DNA of 64,000 nt, taken from contig CAVOWE010000026.1 of assembly GCA_963700035.1 (NCBI GenBank), positions 8,732 through 72,731 of the forward strand, in the 5' to 3' direction. The notes beneath the pieces are model-generated. The model was given only the letters and a program-made list of their open reading frames with translations, did no database searches and was not told the origin of the DNA. Every line of letters begins with the position of its first letter. Positions within the stretch are counted from its first letter, which is position 1. A program made the position numbers and the translations under genes. The DNA comes from an uncultured Thermoleophilia bacterium. GTDB lineage: Bacteria; Actinomycetota; Thermoleophilia; UBA2241. Below, piece after piece: positions 21,038 through 34,022 of this stretch.

Positions 21038-24000
21038 GTGTTCGTCGAGTACCTGATGCACAGCGAGGCCTTCGAGAAGGCTGCGCCGCGGCTCCGCCGC
21101 GGCGCAGCCTTCTACGCCCCGAGCTACTACGCGCCCTACGTGCTGGCCACGGCACTGCGCGCGGCCGGCGCTGCAGGGCGCCTTGTGGTGGCCCCCGACG
21201 GCGAGGCGGCCACGCGCCTCGCCGCCGACCTCGCGTTGTACCTGGGCAGCGAGGTGCCCGTGCTGCCGGCGCGCGGCGTGCTCTACGGCGCCGACGTGGC
21301 GCCGGCCGCGCACGTCGTGGGCGAGCGCCAGCAGGCGCTCGCCGCCCTGGCCGCCGGCGGCGTGGTCGTGGCGGAGGCCGTGGCCCTGCTCGAGCGCTTC
21401 CTGCCGCTCGAGCTGCAGCCCCGGCCGCTCGCGCTCGCCCCTGGGGACGAGATCTCGTTCGACGCGGTCATCGCCCACCTCGCGGCCCTGGGCTACGAGC
21501 GCGTCGAGCAGGTACGCACGCGCGGCGAGTACGCCGTGCGCGGCGGCCTCGTCGATGCGTACCCGGCCCTCGGTGACCCGCTGCGCGTCGAGTTCTGGGG
21601 TGACGAGGTGGAGAGCCTGCGCACCTTCTCGGTGTACTCGCAGCGCACGAGCGGCACCCTCGAGCGCATGACGGTCCACGCTTCCTTCGAGGCCGATACG
21701 AACCTGCCGGAGTTCGAGGCGGGCCTGCATCAGGCACTCGCCGTCTGGGAGCGCGAAGGCAGGGAGGAGGCTCCGGACGAGCTCTTCCGGCGCGCCGGTG
21801 TGCGCGCCCTGGCGGCGCTCGCCGGCCGTTTCACGACCGTGGCCGACGTGCTCGCCGCCAGCGGTCTGGCGACGGCCGTGTTCAACCCCGACGAGACGTA
21901 CCGGGCACTGGCCGAGTTCGACGCCGAGGTCGGCATGGCGGTCGAGGGCGCGGGCGTGCGCGAGCGGCTCTACGTGCCGCTCGCCGAGGCCCGCGCCCTC
22001 CTCGCCGGCGCCCTGCGCGTGGACCTCGTGCAGCGTGACCAGCCTGTGCAGTTCAACGCGTCGCGGCCGCAGTTCGCGGCGCGCGACATCGCCGGGGCCG
22101 AGCGCGACCTCCTGCGCCTGGTGCGCGACGGATACCGCGTCTTCATCGTCTTCCGCCACGAGGGCGAGGCGGAGCGCGCCATGTACAGGCTGCGCAGCGT
22201 GAGCGCCGAGGTGGTGAGCCGCGAGCAGCTGGCCCGCGGCGGCGAGGCCGCCCCGGGCCTCTACTTCCTCGCGGCACCCCTGCGCGAGGGCTTCGTGGTC
22301 GCCGACCTGAAGCTGGCCGTGATCAACGAGCGCGCGCTGCTTCGGGCCGCGCCGCGCGAGCAGCGTCTCGCCGCCGGTACGCGGCTGACGACGTTCTTCG
22401 ACGTGAGCCCGGGCGACTACGTCGCCCACGAGGACCACGGGATCGCCCGTTTCGGCGGCATCGAGTCGCGCACCGTGGCCGGCGTCACGCGCGACTACCT
22501 GCTCCTGGAGTTCAGGGGCGATGACCGCGTCTTCGTGCCCCACGACCAGATCGGCAAGGTCAGCCGTTACATCGGTGCGTCCGGCGCGACGCCGTCGCTC
22601 GACAAGCTGGGCGGCGCGCACTGGCAGACGGTCAAGACGCGAGCCCGCAAGGCCGTGGTGGAGATGGCCGGGGAGCTGCTGCAGCTCTACGCCTCCCGCC
22701 AGGCCATCCCGGGTTTCGCCTTCCCCCCCGACGGCGAGCTCACGCAGCGGCTTGAGGACGCCTTCGCCTACGAGGAGACCGAGGACCAGGCCGAGGCCAT
22801 CGACCAGGTGAAGAACGACATGGAGGCGGCGCATCCCATGGACCGCCTCGTCTGCGGCGACGTAGGCTACGGCAAGACCGAAGTCGCCTTGCGCGCCGCC
22901 TTCAAGGCCGCCGAGGCCGGCAAGCAGACCATGGTGCTGGTGCCCACCACCATCCTCGCCGAGCAGCATCACATGACCTTCAGCGAGCGCTACGCCGACC
23001 TGCCGGTGAAGGTCGGCATGGTCTCGCGCTTCCGCACGGGCCCTGAGCAGAAGCGCATCCTGGCCGAGTTCAGCGCCGGCAGGCTCGACGTGCTCGTCGG
23101 TACCCACCGCCTGCTCAGCACCGATGTGCGGCCGCACGACCTGGGGCTGGTCGTGGTCGACGAGGAGCAGCGCTTCGGCGTGCGTCAGAAGGAGCTGCTG
23201 CGCAACCTCAAGCTGCAGGTCGACGTGATGAGCCTCTCGGCGACCCCCATCCCGCGGACCCTTCAGATGTCGCTGACCAGCATCCGCGACATCTCGGTGA
23301 TCGAGACGCCGCCGCGCGGGCGCCACGCCATCCGCACCTACATCGGCGAGTACCGCGACGACCTCGTGCGCATCGCCATCGAGAAGGAGCTCGCCCGCGA
23401 GGGCCAGGCGTTCTACCTGCACAACCGCGTGGAGACCATCGACGCGGCGGCCGAGCACGTGCGCGAGCTGGCGCCGTCCGCGCGCATCCTCGTGGCGCAC
23501 GGGCAGATGCACGAACGCGCCCTGGAGAAAGTGATGCTCGCGTTCCTGGCCGGCGAAGCCGACGTGCTGGTCACGACGTCGATCATCGAGAGCGGCATCG
23601 ACATCCCCAGCGCCAACACGCTCGTCGTGGAGCGTGCCGACATGCTCGGCCTGGCGCAGCTGTACCAGATCCGCGGGCGCATCGGGCGCAGCGACGCGCA
23701 CGCCTACGCCTACCTGCTCTACCCCAGCGAGGAGTTGCTGACCAGCGACGCGGCCGCGCGTCTGCAGACGCTGAGCGACCACACCGACCTGGGCGCCGGC
23801 TTCAAGATCGCCATGGCCGACCTTGAGATCCGCGGCGCCGGCAACCTTCTCGGCGACGAGCAGAGCGGGCACGTGGCGGCAGTGGGCTTCGAGATGTACG
23901 CCCAGATGCTCGAGGAGGCCGTGCACGATCTGCAGGGCGAGCACGCGGTCCTGGCGGCGCCGGTGCGCGTCGATCTGCCCGTCACCGCCTACGTGCCGCC

Positions 24001-24430
24001 CGACTACATCGCCTACGAGGCCAGCAAGATCGACGCCCACCGGCGGATCGCCCGGGCTCGCGACCTGCGCGCGCTCGGAGACGTGAAGGCCGAGCTCAGC
24101 GACCGCTTCGGGCCGCCGCCGGAGCCGGTGGAGAGCCTGCTGACCCTGCAGGCTATCCGGCTCAAAGCGGCGGAGATGGCGGCCTCGTCGGTGGCCTATC
24201 GCGGCCGGCGCCTGCAGCTCGAGGGCGTCGACCTCGACGATGAATGGGCGGCGCGCCTGCGCGCCGCCCACGAGCGCATCGTCTACTTCAAGCAGCGGCG
24301 CTCGCTCACCGCGCACCGCGAGAGCTCAGATGCACATCTCCTCGGGTGGGTCGAGGCCACTCTCGATGCTATACTTGACGCCCGTGTGTCTCACGACCAG
24401 TCCTCTATCCCCGGGAGAGAAAGTCTATGA
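21038..24430 (+). CDS. mfd: Transcription-repair coupling factor
   Basis: GDYVAHEDHGI, MDRLVCGDVGYGKTEVA, DEEQRFGV, SATPIPRTL, QIRGRIGR, DLEIRGAGNLLG; GTG start after AAAGGA. Confidence 0.96.
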   Translation: MFVEYLMHSEAFEKAAPRLRRGAAFYAPSYYAPYVLATALRAAGAAGRLVVAPDGEAATRLAADLALYLGSEVPVLPARGVLYGADVAPAAHVVGERQQALAALAAGGVVVAEAVALLERFLPLELQPRPLALAPGDEISFDAVIAHLAALGYERVEQVRTRGEYAVRGGLVDAYPALGDPLRVEFWGDEVESLRTFSVYSQRTSGTLERMTVHASFEADTNLPEFEAGLHQALAVWEREGREEAPDELFRRAGVRALAALAGRFTTVADVLAASGLATAVFNPDETYRALAEFDAEVGMAVEGAGVRERLYVPLAEARALLAGALRVDLVQRDQPVQFNASRPQFAARDIAGAERDLLRLVRDGYRVFIVFRHEGEAERAMYRLRSVSAEVVSREQLARGGEAAPGLYFLAAPLREGFVVADLKLAVINERALLRAAPREQRLAAGTRLTTFFDVSPGDYVAHEDHGIARFGGIESRTVAGVTRDYLLLEFRGDDRVFVPHDQIGKVSRYIGASGATPSLDKLGGAHWQTVKTRARKAVVEMAGELLQLYASRQAIPGFAFPPDGELTQRLEDAFAYEETEDQAEAIDQVKNDMEAAHPMDRLVCGDVGYGKTEVALRAAFKAAEAGKQTMVLVPTTILAEQHHMTFSERYADLPVKVGMVSRFRTGPEQKRILAEFSAGRLDVLVGTHRLLSTDVRPHDLGLVVVDEEQRFGVRQKELLRNLKLQVDVMSLSATPIPRTLQMSLTSIRDISVIETPPRGRHAIRTYIGEYRDDLVRIAIEKELAREGQAFYLHNRVETIDAAAEHVRELAPSARILVAHGQMHERALEKVMLAFLAGEADVLVTTSIIESGIDIPSANTLVVERADMLGLAQLYQIRGRIGRSDAHAYAYLLYPSEELLTSDAAARLQTLSDHTDLGAGFKIAMADLEIRGAGNLLGDEQSGHVAAVGFEMYAQMLEEAVHDLQGEHAVLAAPVRVDLPVTAYVPPDYIAYEASKIDAHRRIARARDLRALGDVKAELSDRFGPPPEPVESLLTLQAIRLKAAEMAASSVAYRGRRLQLEGVDLDDEWAARLRAAHERIVYFKQRRSLTAHRESSDAHLLGWVEATLDAILDARVSHDQSSIPGRESL

Positions 24431-25487
24431 AGAAAGTCATCGTGGCTGCGGTCTTGCTCGGCCTTCTTGCGGCTACCCTCTTGTTCGCCGCCTGCGGCGG
24501 CAACAGCGTCCCCGCGGGGGCCATCGCGACGGTCGGTGACGCCACCGTCACGCAGGAGCAGTTCGACCAGATCTGGGCGCAGGCCAAGGCCCAGTACGCC
24601 TCGCAGGAGGGTGCTCCCCCGTTCCCCAAGGAGGGCACGGCAGACTACGACCGGCTCAAGGCGAGCATCGTCAACTACCTGGTGCAGAACGAGCTCATCA
24701 AGCAGCAGGCGGCCGACATGAACATCTCCGTCACCGACAGGAGCAGCTCGACGACGCCTCGCGCAGGTCATCAAGAGCCCACAGGTCGGCAGCCAGAAGA
24801 AGCTCGACGCGCTGCTGAAGAAGTAGGGCATGACCATGGACCAGCTCAAGACGCAGCACGAGGCGACAGATGCTCCAGGGCAAGCCGTGCGAGCCAAGGT
24901 CGGCGCAGAACGCCAAGGTCACCGAAGAGCAGATCAAGGCGTACTACGACGATCCCAAGAACGAGTCGCAGTTCGTCGTGCCGGATGCGGTCGACGCCCG
25001 CCACGTCCTTGTGGCTTCAAAAGCCGACGCCGAGAAGGTGCAGCAGCTCCTGGCCGCCGATCCCAGCGACGCCAACTGGAAGAAGGTCGCCGCGAAGTAC
25101 TCCATCGACCCCGGCTCCAAGGACAAGGGCGGCGCCCTGGGCAACTTCCCCGAGGGCCGCATGGTCCCCGAGTTCGACAAGGTCGCCTTCAGCATCAAGC
25201 CCGGTACCATCTCGGTGCCCGTCAAGTCGCAGTTCGGCTGGCACGTCATCGAGGTCACCAAGAAGACGCCGGGTTCAACGAAGACCTTCGCCGAAGCCAA
25301 GTCGATGATCGAGCAGTCGCTCAAGTTCCAGCTGCAGACGAAGGCTTGGACGGACTGGCTCGCCAAGGTCACGAAGGACGCGGGCATCGTGTACGCGGCC
25401 GGCTTCGACCCCAAGATGCTCACCGCTTCCCCGAGCCCCAGCGGTTCGGCGGCTCCCGCCAGCCCGGCCCCGTCGCCGACGAGCTGA
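24427..25487 (+). CDS. PrsA/SurA-like parvulin peptidyl-prolyl isomerase lipoprotein; corrupted at about 24735-24900
   Basis: Lipobox FAAC; ARHVLV, AKYSIDPGSKDKGGALG, MVPEF, PVKSQFGWHVI in ORF 24870..25487. Confidence 0.88.
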
Positions 25488-28010
<2,523 letters not shown>

Positions 28011-28110
28011 AATACTCGGCACGTTTGTGGAGGGCGCGGGCGGTCGCGAGACCGTCCGCGCCCTCTGCTTCGGCCCACGACAAGAGCGACGACGCGGAGG
28101 AAGCGCGACT

Positions 28111-28898
28111 ATGTATTGTCCCGAGTGTGGCAACGACGCCGCCGACGCCAAGTTCTGCCCCGAGTGCGGCGCCGATCTGGCCGGTGTCAAGAGCGCCCTG
28201 AGCGGTAAGACCACCGGCCAGCAGGGCGGCGGCAAGAGCCGCCAGGGCGGCAGACAACCCAAGGCAGGCAGCGCGCCTCCCCCGCCCGCCAAGCGGGGCA
28301 TCTCGCCGGCGCTGATCTGGGGGCTCTTCGGCGGGATCGCCGTCGTGGCGATCGTGATCGTGGTGATGATGTCCGGCGGCTCCAATGACAACGGCGCGCC
28401 GGCCGACGCCGGCACGCAGAGCGGCGGTCCCGCGACGCCCGTCGACGCCGACACGAGCGGCAGTTACCGCGAGCTGGTGACGCGAGCCAACGGCCTGTAC
28501 GACCAGGGCGCCGCCGAGATGCCCGACGGGATCCCGAACGAGCAGGGCGCGGCGTATTTCGCCGCGGCCGCCAAAGTCTACGAGGCCGCCTGGGCCAAGC
28601 AGCCCGGCGATCCCAACGTGGGCACCGATTGGGCCATATCTCTCTTCTACAGCGGCGATGTCGACGGTGCCGTCAAGCAGGTCAACGTCGTCCTGGACGC
28701 CGACCCTCGCTTTCAGCCCGGGTTGTTCAACAAGGGCATCTTCCTGAGCCATGTGTCGCGCATGACTGAAGACAAGGCCGAGGCGCAGAAGTACACCGAC
28801 CAGGCGCGCGCCGCTCTGACCGAGGCGGTCGCCGTGGACCCGTCTCCGAGGTCGGCAAGCAGGCGGATGCCGCGCTCAAGGGTCTGGCGACTCCGTAG
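28111..28898 (+). CDS. Zinc-ribbon membrane protein with TPR-like extracellular part; frameshift near 28845
   Basis: MYCPECG..KFCPECG, TM helix, helical repeat-like C-terminus; SD GGAGG; stop TAG 28896-28898 in the shifted frame. Confidence 0.75.
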
Positions 28899-29086
28899 GT
28901 CACCGGGCGAGGCGCTGAGGCCGCGGCGGCCGGACGCCGCCGTGACCCCCGGGACCGGCCCGCTCCCGGGCGCTGCGCGGCACCCGTGCGGAGCGTGCAG
29001 GGAGCGGGGTCGCCGCTCACGAATCTCTAGGGACGACCGGGCGCCGCGCGTATGGCGTCCGGCGAGTCGGCAACGGGAGAAGAGGC

Positions 29087-29539
29087 TTGGCCCAGGCAGC
29101 GACACTCGAGCGGCAGGCGGGGACGCCTCGTCGTGGCGGGCGGCGCGCCCACGGTCGTGGCGGCGCGCCGCGGCTGCACCTGGGGCGCCTGGCGATCCTC
29201 GTCCTCGTCCTCGTCGGCGCGTCGTTCTACGTGGCTCCGCTCAGGGCGTTCTTCGCCCAGCAGGACCGCTACCAGCATGCCGCGGACGCGCTGCAGGCGG
29301 CGCGCGCCGATAACGCCGCCTACGACCTGAAGATGGAACTGCTCACCACGAAGACCTACGTGGCGCAGGTGGCGCGCGCCGACTCGATGCTCGTGCCGCC
29401 CGACACGCAGGTGTTCGTCGTCAAGGGGCTCCCGGGCGACGATGCCGAGCCCTTCGTCCCTTCGAGCACCGCGTCGACGGCCGGCACTATCTCGGTGCTC
29501 GACCGCGTCGAGGACCTCTGGCGCACCCTGCTGCGCTGA
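29087..29539 (+). CDS. Septum formation initiator (DivIC/FtsB family)
   Basis: TM helix followed by coiled coil; conserved eno-divIC-DUF501-ppx synteny. Confidence 0.8.
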   Translation: MAQAATLERQAGTPRRGGRRAHGRGGAPRLHLGRLAILVLVLVGASFYVAPLRAFFAQQDRYQHAADALQAARADNAAYDLKMELLTTKTYVAQVARADSMLVPPDTQVFVVKGLPGDDAEPFVPSSTASTAGTISVLDRVEDLWRTLLR

Positions 29540-29546
29540 AGCGGCG

Positions 29547-30113
29547 GTGAGCCCTCACCCGCGCACCTCACCTCCCCTGGTGGCCGGCGCCGATCTCGCG
29601 GTCGTGGCAGGTCAGCTTGGGCGGACGCCGCACGCCATGAGTCGCGTGGTGGCACGCTGCTCTTTCGGGCTTCCGGCCGCCGTGGAGACGCTGCCCTACG
29701 ACGCCGGTGGCAGGCCGTTCCCGACGCTCTTCTACCTCACGTGCCCGACGCTCGTGGCCGCCGTGTCGCGATTGGAGGGTGACGGCGGCGTGCGGGTCTG
29801 GTCCGCGCGCCTGGCGGCGGAGCCGGAGCTGGCGCGAGCTGTCAGGGCGGCGGCGACCGCAGCGCGCCGCCGCCGCCGGGAGCTGGTCCGTCGCTACGAC
29901 CTGTGGATGGTCGACGACGGGGCTTCACTCACGACCGGGGTCGGGGGCGTGGGCGACGTGCGCGCCGTCAAGTGCCTGCACGCGCACGTCGCCCACGCCC
30001 TCGCGCGCCCCGGATACGCTTTCGGCCGGGCCGTGCTGGCGGATGCCGAGGACGCGTGGTGCGACGACGGTCGCTGCGCGGCCTTCGTGCCCCCGGTGGG
30101 GGCGATGCCGTGA
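29547..30113 (+). CDS. DUF501 domain protein
   Basis: QLGR, PFPTLFYLTCP, GVGG, VKCLHAHVAH. Confidence 0.9.
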   Translation: MSPHPRTSPPLVAGADLAVVAGQLGRTPHAMSRVVARCSFGLPAAVETLPYDAGGRPFPTLFYLTCPTLVAAVSRLEGDGGVRVWSARLAAEPELARAVRAAATAARRRRRELVRRYDLWMVDDGASLTTGVGGVGDVRAVKCLHAHVAHALARPGYAFGRAVLADAEDAWCDDGRCAAFVPPVGAMP

Positions 30114-31051
30114 GAGTCGCCGTCGTCGACCTCGGGACCAACACCTGCCGGCTGTTCCTGGCGGAGGTGGGCGACGCTGGTGGGGTGAAGACGGACACGC
30201 GCCTGACGACCGTGGTGAGGCTCGGCCAGGGCGTCGATCGCAGCGGACGTCTCGACCCTGCCGCCGTCTCACGCACGCGCGCCTGTCTGGCCGGGTACGC
30301 GCCGCGTCTCGAGGCCTACGGCCCCGCGCGGCGCCTGCTCGTGGCGACCAGCGTGCTTCGCGACGCGGCCGACGGGCGCGGATTCCTCGAGGGCGTCGCG
30401 CGCGACTTCGCGCTGCCGTCGCGCGTGCTCGGCGGGGAAGAGGAGGGCGTCCTCGCCTTCCGCGGCGGTACGGCCGAGATCGCCGGCCGGGAGAACGGCC
30501 CTCTGGTGCTCACCGACATCGGCGGCGGCAGCACCGAGTTCGCCGTCGGCGCCGCCGGCGCACGGCCTGGATTCGTGCGCAGCCTGGACATCGGCGTCGT
30601 GCGCCTGACCGAGCGCTTTCTGCACCACGATCCGCCGGAAACGGCGGAGCTCGACCGGCTCACGGAGTCCGTCGTCGGCGCAATCGCCGACGGCGTGCCG
30701 GCCACGGTGCGCGGCGCCGCGCGCGGCGCCGTGGGCGTGGCCGGCACCTACACCACGCTCGTGGCCCACAAGCTCGGCTTGCGTGAGTACCGCTCCGAGC
30801 TCGTCCATGGTCACGTGCTCAGCCTGGCCGACATCGACGCCGCGATCGCCGAGTTCGCGAGACTCACCAACGCGCAGCGCGGCCGCCTGCCGGGCATCCA
30901 GAAGGGCCGCGAGGACGTGATCCTGGCCGGCGCCCTGATCGCCCGGGAGGCCGGCCGCGCCTTCGGCCTCACCGACGTCCTGGTGAGCGAGGCCGACATC
31001 CTCGAGGGCGCCGCGCTCGCGCTGGCCGAGGGCTCGCTCGGGCCAGACTGA
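30110..31051 (+). CDS. Ppx/GppA family exopolyphosphatase
   Basis: VDLGTNTCRL, RLGQGV, ATSVLRDA, DIGGGSTE, GVVRLTE, REDVILAG. Confidence 0.93.
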   Translation: MRVAVVDLGTNTCRLFLAEVGDAGGVKTDTRLTTVVRLGQGVDRSGRLDPAAVSRTRACLAGYAPRLEAYGPARRLLVATSVLRDAADGRGFLEGVARDFALPSRVLGGEEEGVLAFRGGTAEIAGRENGPLVLTDIGGGSTEFAVGAAGARPGFVRSLDIGVVRLTERFLHHDPPETAELDRLTESVVGAIADGVPATVRGAARGAVGVAGTYTTLVAHKLGLREYRSELVHGHVLSLADIDAAIAEFARLTNAQRGRLPGIQKGREDVILAGALIAREAGRAFGLTDVLVSEADILEGAALALAEGSLGPD

Positions 31052-31100
31052 CGACCGGCCGGGGCCTCACGCCGGCGCCCGCGTCGTATACTGCTCCCGT

Positions 31101-31189
31101 GCCGGAGTGGCGGAACTGGTAGACGCCGGGGACTTAAAATCCTCTGCCGCCTCGGCGGCGTCCGGGTTCAAGTCCCGGCTCCGGCACCA
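31101..31189 (+). tRNA. tRNA-Leu (UAA)
   Basis: GCCGGAG / CTCCGGC-A-CCA, GGTAGACGC D-arm, anticodon loop CTTAAAA, long variable arm, GGTTCAAGTCC; TATACT -10 at 31087. Confidence 0.97.
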
Positions 31190-31222
31190 CTCCCAGGGCT
31201 GCGTGTCGACGTCTGGAGGACC

Positions 31223-32006
31223 GTGTCGCTCACTCATATCCGCGGGCTGTTGCTCGACATGGACGGCGTGCTCGGCGTGTCGTGGCGGCCGTTGCCGGGT
31301 GCCGCTGCGGCCGTCGCGACGTTGCGTGAGGCCGGCCTCCCTCTGCGCGTGATCACGAGCACCACCGCAAGGAGCCGCGGGGACATCGGCGTCGGGTCTG
31401 CGCGAGCACGGTTTCGACTTCGCCGACGAAGACCTGCTGACCGCGTCGGTCCTGGCGGCGAAGTACCTGCGCAGCGCGCATCCCGAGGCGCGCGTGTTCC
31501 TGCTCGGGGACGCGCGGCCGGAGGACCTTGAGGGCGTGCGTCTTGTCGGTCTCGACGACGAGCCGCAGGTCGTGCTCGTCTCCGGCGCCGACGAGTCCTT
31601 CGCCTTCGACACCCTCAACCGCGTCTACAGAGTGCTGCTCGGCGGCGCGTCGCTGGTCGCGATGCATCGCAATCTGTCGTGGATGACGCACGAGGGAGAG
31701 CGCCTCGACGCCGGCGCCTACCTGATGGGACTCGAGCGAGCCGCCGCCCGCAAGGCCGTCGTCACGGGCAAACCGGCGCCCGGGTGCTTCGTCGCCGGGC
31801 TCGAGGCACTCGGGTTGTCCGCCGATCGAGTGGCGATGGTCGGCGACGACATCGAGAACGATGTCCTCGCCGCGCAAGCGCTCGGCGTCACCGGCGTGCT
31901 GGTGCGCACCGGCAAGTTCCGCGAAGAGAAGCTTGCCGCGGCGAGCGGCACGCCCGACCACGTGATCGGCTCGATCGTCGATCTGCCGGGCCTGCTCGGC
32001 TGCTGA
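31223..32006 (+). CDS. HAD-IIA family hydrolase; frameshift near 31395
   Basis: LLLDMDGVL in ORF 31223; GKP..MVGDDIENDV..GVLVRTGK in ORF 31494..32006. Confidence 0.9.
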
Positions 32007-32027
32007 GGCCGCCCGCGGTCTGGCCGG

Positions 32028-32062
32028 GTTCCCTTTACAGCCACCCGGCGCGGCCCTACCAT
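32028..32062 (+). promoter_or_regulatory. Sigma70-type promoter of the SPFH gene
   Basis: TTTACA-N17-TACCAT in the intergenic region (coordinates approximate). Confidence 0.5.
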
Positions 32063-32131
32063 CAAGTACGAAGAAGAGAACGGGCGTTCCGGCGGACGGC
32101 CGCCGGCCGCGCCCGCGCGAAGGGGGACCAC

Positions 32132-33142
32132 ATGGGCTTGGCCATCGTAGGCGTCATCGTCGTCGTCGCTCTCATTCTCCTCATCCTGATCCTCGTCACG
32201 GGCATCCGCATCATCAGGCCGACGCACCGCGGCCTCGTGGAGCGTCTGGGCAAGTACAACCGCTACTGCGGCCCCGGCTTCCACATCATCATCCCGATCA
32301 TCGAGCGCATGTTCCAGGTGGACATCCGCGAGGTACTGGTCGAGGCGCAGCCGCAGACGATCATCACCAACGACAACCTCAACGCGCGCGTCGACGCGCA
32401 GGTGTACCTCAAGGTCAAGGCCGACGAAGAAGACGTGAAGGCCTCGCAGTACAACGTCACCAACTACGAGAACCAGATCGTGAACCTGGCGCGCACCACG
32501 CTGCGCAACATCATCGGCACCCTGACGCTCAAGTCGGCCAACAGCGAGCGCGGACGCATCAACGAGGAGCTGCGCTCTACTCTCAAGGTCGAGACCTCCA
32601 GTTGGGGCATCGAGATCCTGCGCACCGAGCTCAAGGAGATCGACCCGCCGGTGGACGTGCAGGAGACCATGAACAAGGTCGTCAAGGCCGAGAACGAGAA
32701 GATCGCCGCCATCGACTACGCCACTGCCACCGAGACGCAGGCAGACGGTCAGCGGCGTGCGGAGATCAAGAAGGCCGAGGGCATCAAGCAGGCCAAGATC
32801 CTCGCCGCCGAGGGCGAGGCGCAGGCCATCAAGCTGGTCAACGAGGCCGCCGAGCAGTACTTCGTCGGCAACGCCCAGGTGCTGCGCAAGCTCGAGACGG
32901 TGGAGAAGGCGTTCTGGCAGAACGCCAAGATCATCGTGCCGGCCAACGGCGAGCTCGTGAACGTCGTCGGCGACCTCGCCGGCATCGCGCCCGTCCCGGT
33001 CAAGGCGGCGCAGCCGAACCCGACACCCGGGCAGCCGGCAGAAGCGCAGCTGACGATCCGCGCGGCGCGCCCGGTGCGCGCCGCGCCTCAAGCCTTCTTC
33101 TTGCGCGGCTTCTTCTCTTTGGGGGGCAGGCTCGCGGCGTAG
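32132..33142 (+). CDS. SPFH/band 7 (stomatin/QmcA-like) membrane protein
   Basis: N-terminal TM, VERLGKY, ITNDN, TTLRNIIG, WGIE; true end may be near 33053 if there is an indel. Confidence 0.9.
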   Translation: MGLAIVGVIVVVALILLILILVTGIRIIRPTHRGLVERLGKYNRYCGPGFHIIIPIIERMFQVDIREVLVEAQPQTIITNDNLNARVDAQVYLKVKADEEDVKASQYNVTNYENQIVNLARTTLRNIIGTLTLKSANSERGRINEELRSTLKVETSSWGIEILRTELKEIDPPVDVQETMNKVVKAENEKIAAIDYATATETQADGQRRAEIKKAEGIKQAKILAAEGEAQAIKLVNEAAEQYFVGNAQVLRKLETVEKAFWQNAKIIVPANGELVNVVGDLAGIAPVPVKAAQPNPTPGQPAEAQLTIRAARPVRAAPQAFFLRGFFSLGGRLAA

Positions 33143-33459
33143 GCCAGCCCCCGGGCCATCCAGCCGCGCAGAGCCTCGTGGTCGGCGAGCATGTCGACGG
33201 GGAAGACGACGTACTCCTTCATCGGGCGGCCTTCCATGGGCTCGAAGAGGTGGGCGCCGGGCTGCGCCAGCAGCTCGGCGCGGTCCTTCTCGCCGAGGCG
33301 CACGAACAGGCTCTCCTGGTGCACGGCGGCGAACATGTTGCCGCCGGTCCAGTAGCAGGGACCTCCGAACATGGGCTTGAACTCGACGGGGGCCTGGCCC
33401 TCAGGGATGACGTCGTGCAGGAGCTGGACGAGATCCTCCTGCGGCTTGCGCCATTTCAT
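33088..33459 (-). CDS. TfoX/Sxy N-terminal domain protein
   Basis: KPMFGG..GNMFA..F..RPMKEY; ends LPPKEKK. Confidence 0.85.
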   Translation of the reverse strand: MKWRKPQEDLVQLLHDVIPEGQAPVEFKPMFGGPCYWTGGNMFAAVHQESLFVRLGEKDRAELLAQPGAHLFEPMEGRPMKEYVVFPVDMLADHEALRGWMARGLAYAASLPPKEKKPRKKKA

Positions 33460-33489
33460 CGCGCCCTCCTTCTGACGGTGCGCCCGGCG

Positions 33490-33957
33490 TCAGTCCTTGT
33501 CGTGCCGCGGCACCACCAGCACCGGCAGGTTGCTGTGGTGCAGCAGTTTGAGCGCCGTGGAACCCAGGAAGGCGGCCGAGACGGCGCCCTGACCGTGGCT
33601 GCCGACGACGATCAGGGCCGCGTCATGGTCCTTGGCCGCATCGAGCAGCACCTCGACGGGGCGACCCTCGGCGACCACCTTCTCGGCCCTCACGCCGAAG
33701 GCGGTGAGCTTCTCGGCGGCCTTCTTCACCTGGTCTTCGCCATAGCCCCGCACGAGCTGCGCGTGATCGTCGAACTCGGCGCTCATCATCAGCGGCGAGT
33801 CGGTCATGCCCATCGGCACGTACCCGATGGAGAACTCGTAGGCGTAGACGACCACGACGGTTGCGTCAGGGATCGCGCCGGCCAGGTCGATGGTGCGCGC
33901 GAGCGCCGTCTTGGAACAGTCCGAACCGTCGTAGCCGAGTACCAGCGTCGTGGGCAT
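33490..33957 (-). CDS. Universal stress protein
   Basis: LVLGYDGSDCS, GRP, LIVVGSHG, LGSTA..PVLVV. Confidence 0.93.
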   Translation of the reverse strand: MPTTLVLGYDGSDCSKTALARTIDLAGAIPDATVVVVYAYEFSIGYVPMGMTDSPLMMSAEFDDHAQLVRGYGEDQVKKAAEKLTAFGVRAEKVVAEGRPVEVLLDAAKDHDAALIVVGSHGQGAVSAAFLGSTALKLLHHSNLPVLVVPRHDKD

Positions 33958-34022
33958 CGCGTCCTCCTTGAGTAGGTCCCTGGGCCAACTATGCTCGCCG
34001 GGGGCGGCGGCAAAACGGGCGG

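Noticed and set aside
20321-24316. Very long antisense ORFs (e.g. 1331 aa opposite mfd; others opposite metG, prs, eno)
   Set aside because: Shadow ORFs expected from high-GC codon bias, with no recognisable motifs.
24820-24835. In-frame TAG in prsA (LLKK*GMTMDQLK) as possible pyrrolysine or readthrough
   Set aside because: It lies in a badly corrupted stretch with several indels; a CAG-to-TAG error is simpler, and there is no pyl context.
31190-33500. Genomic island integrated at tRNA-Leu
   Set aside because: No integrase, no duplicated tRNA 3' end noticed and no compositional shift.
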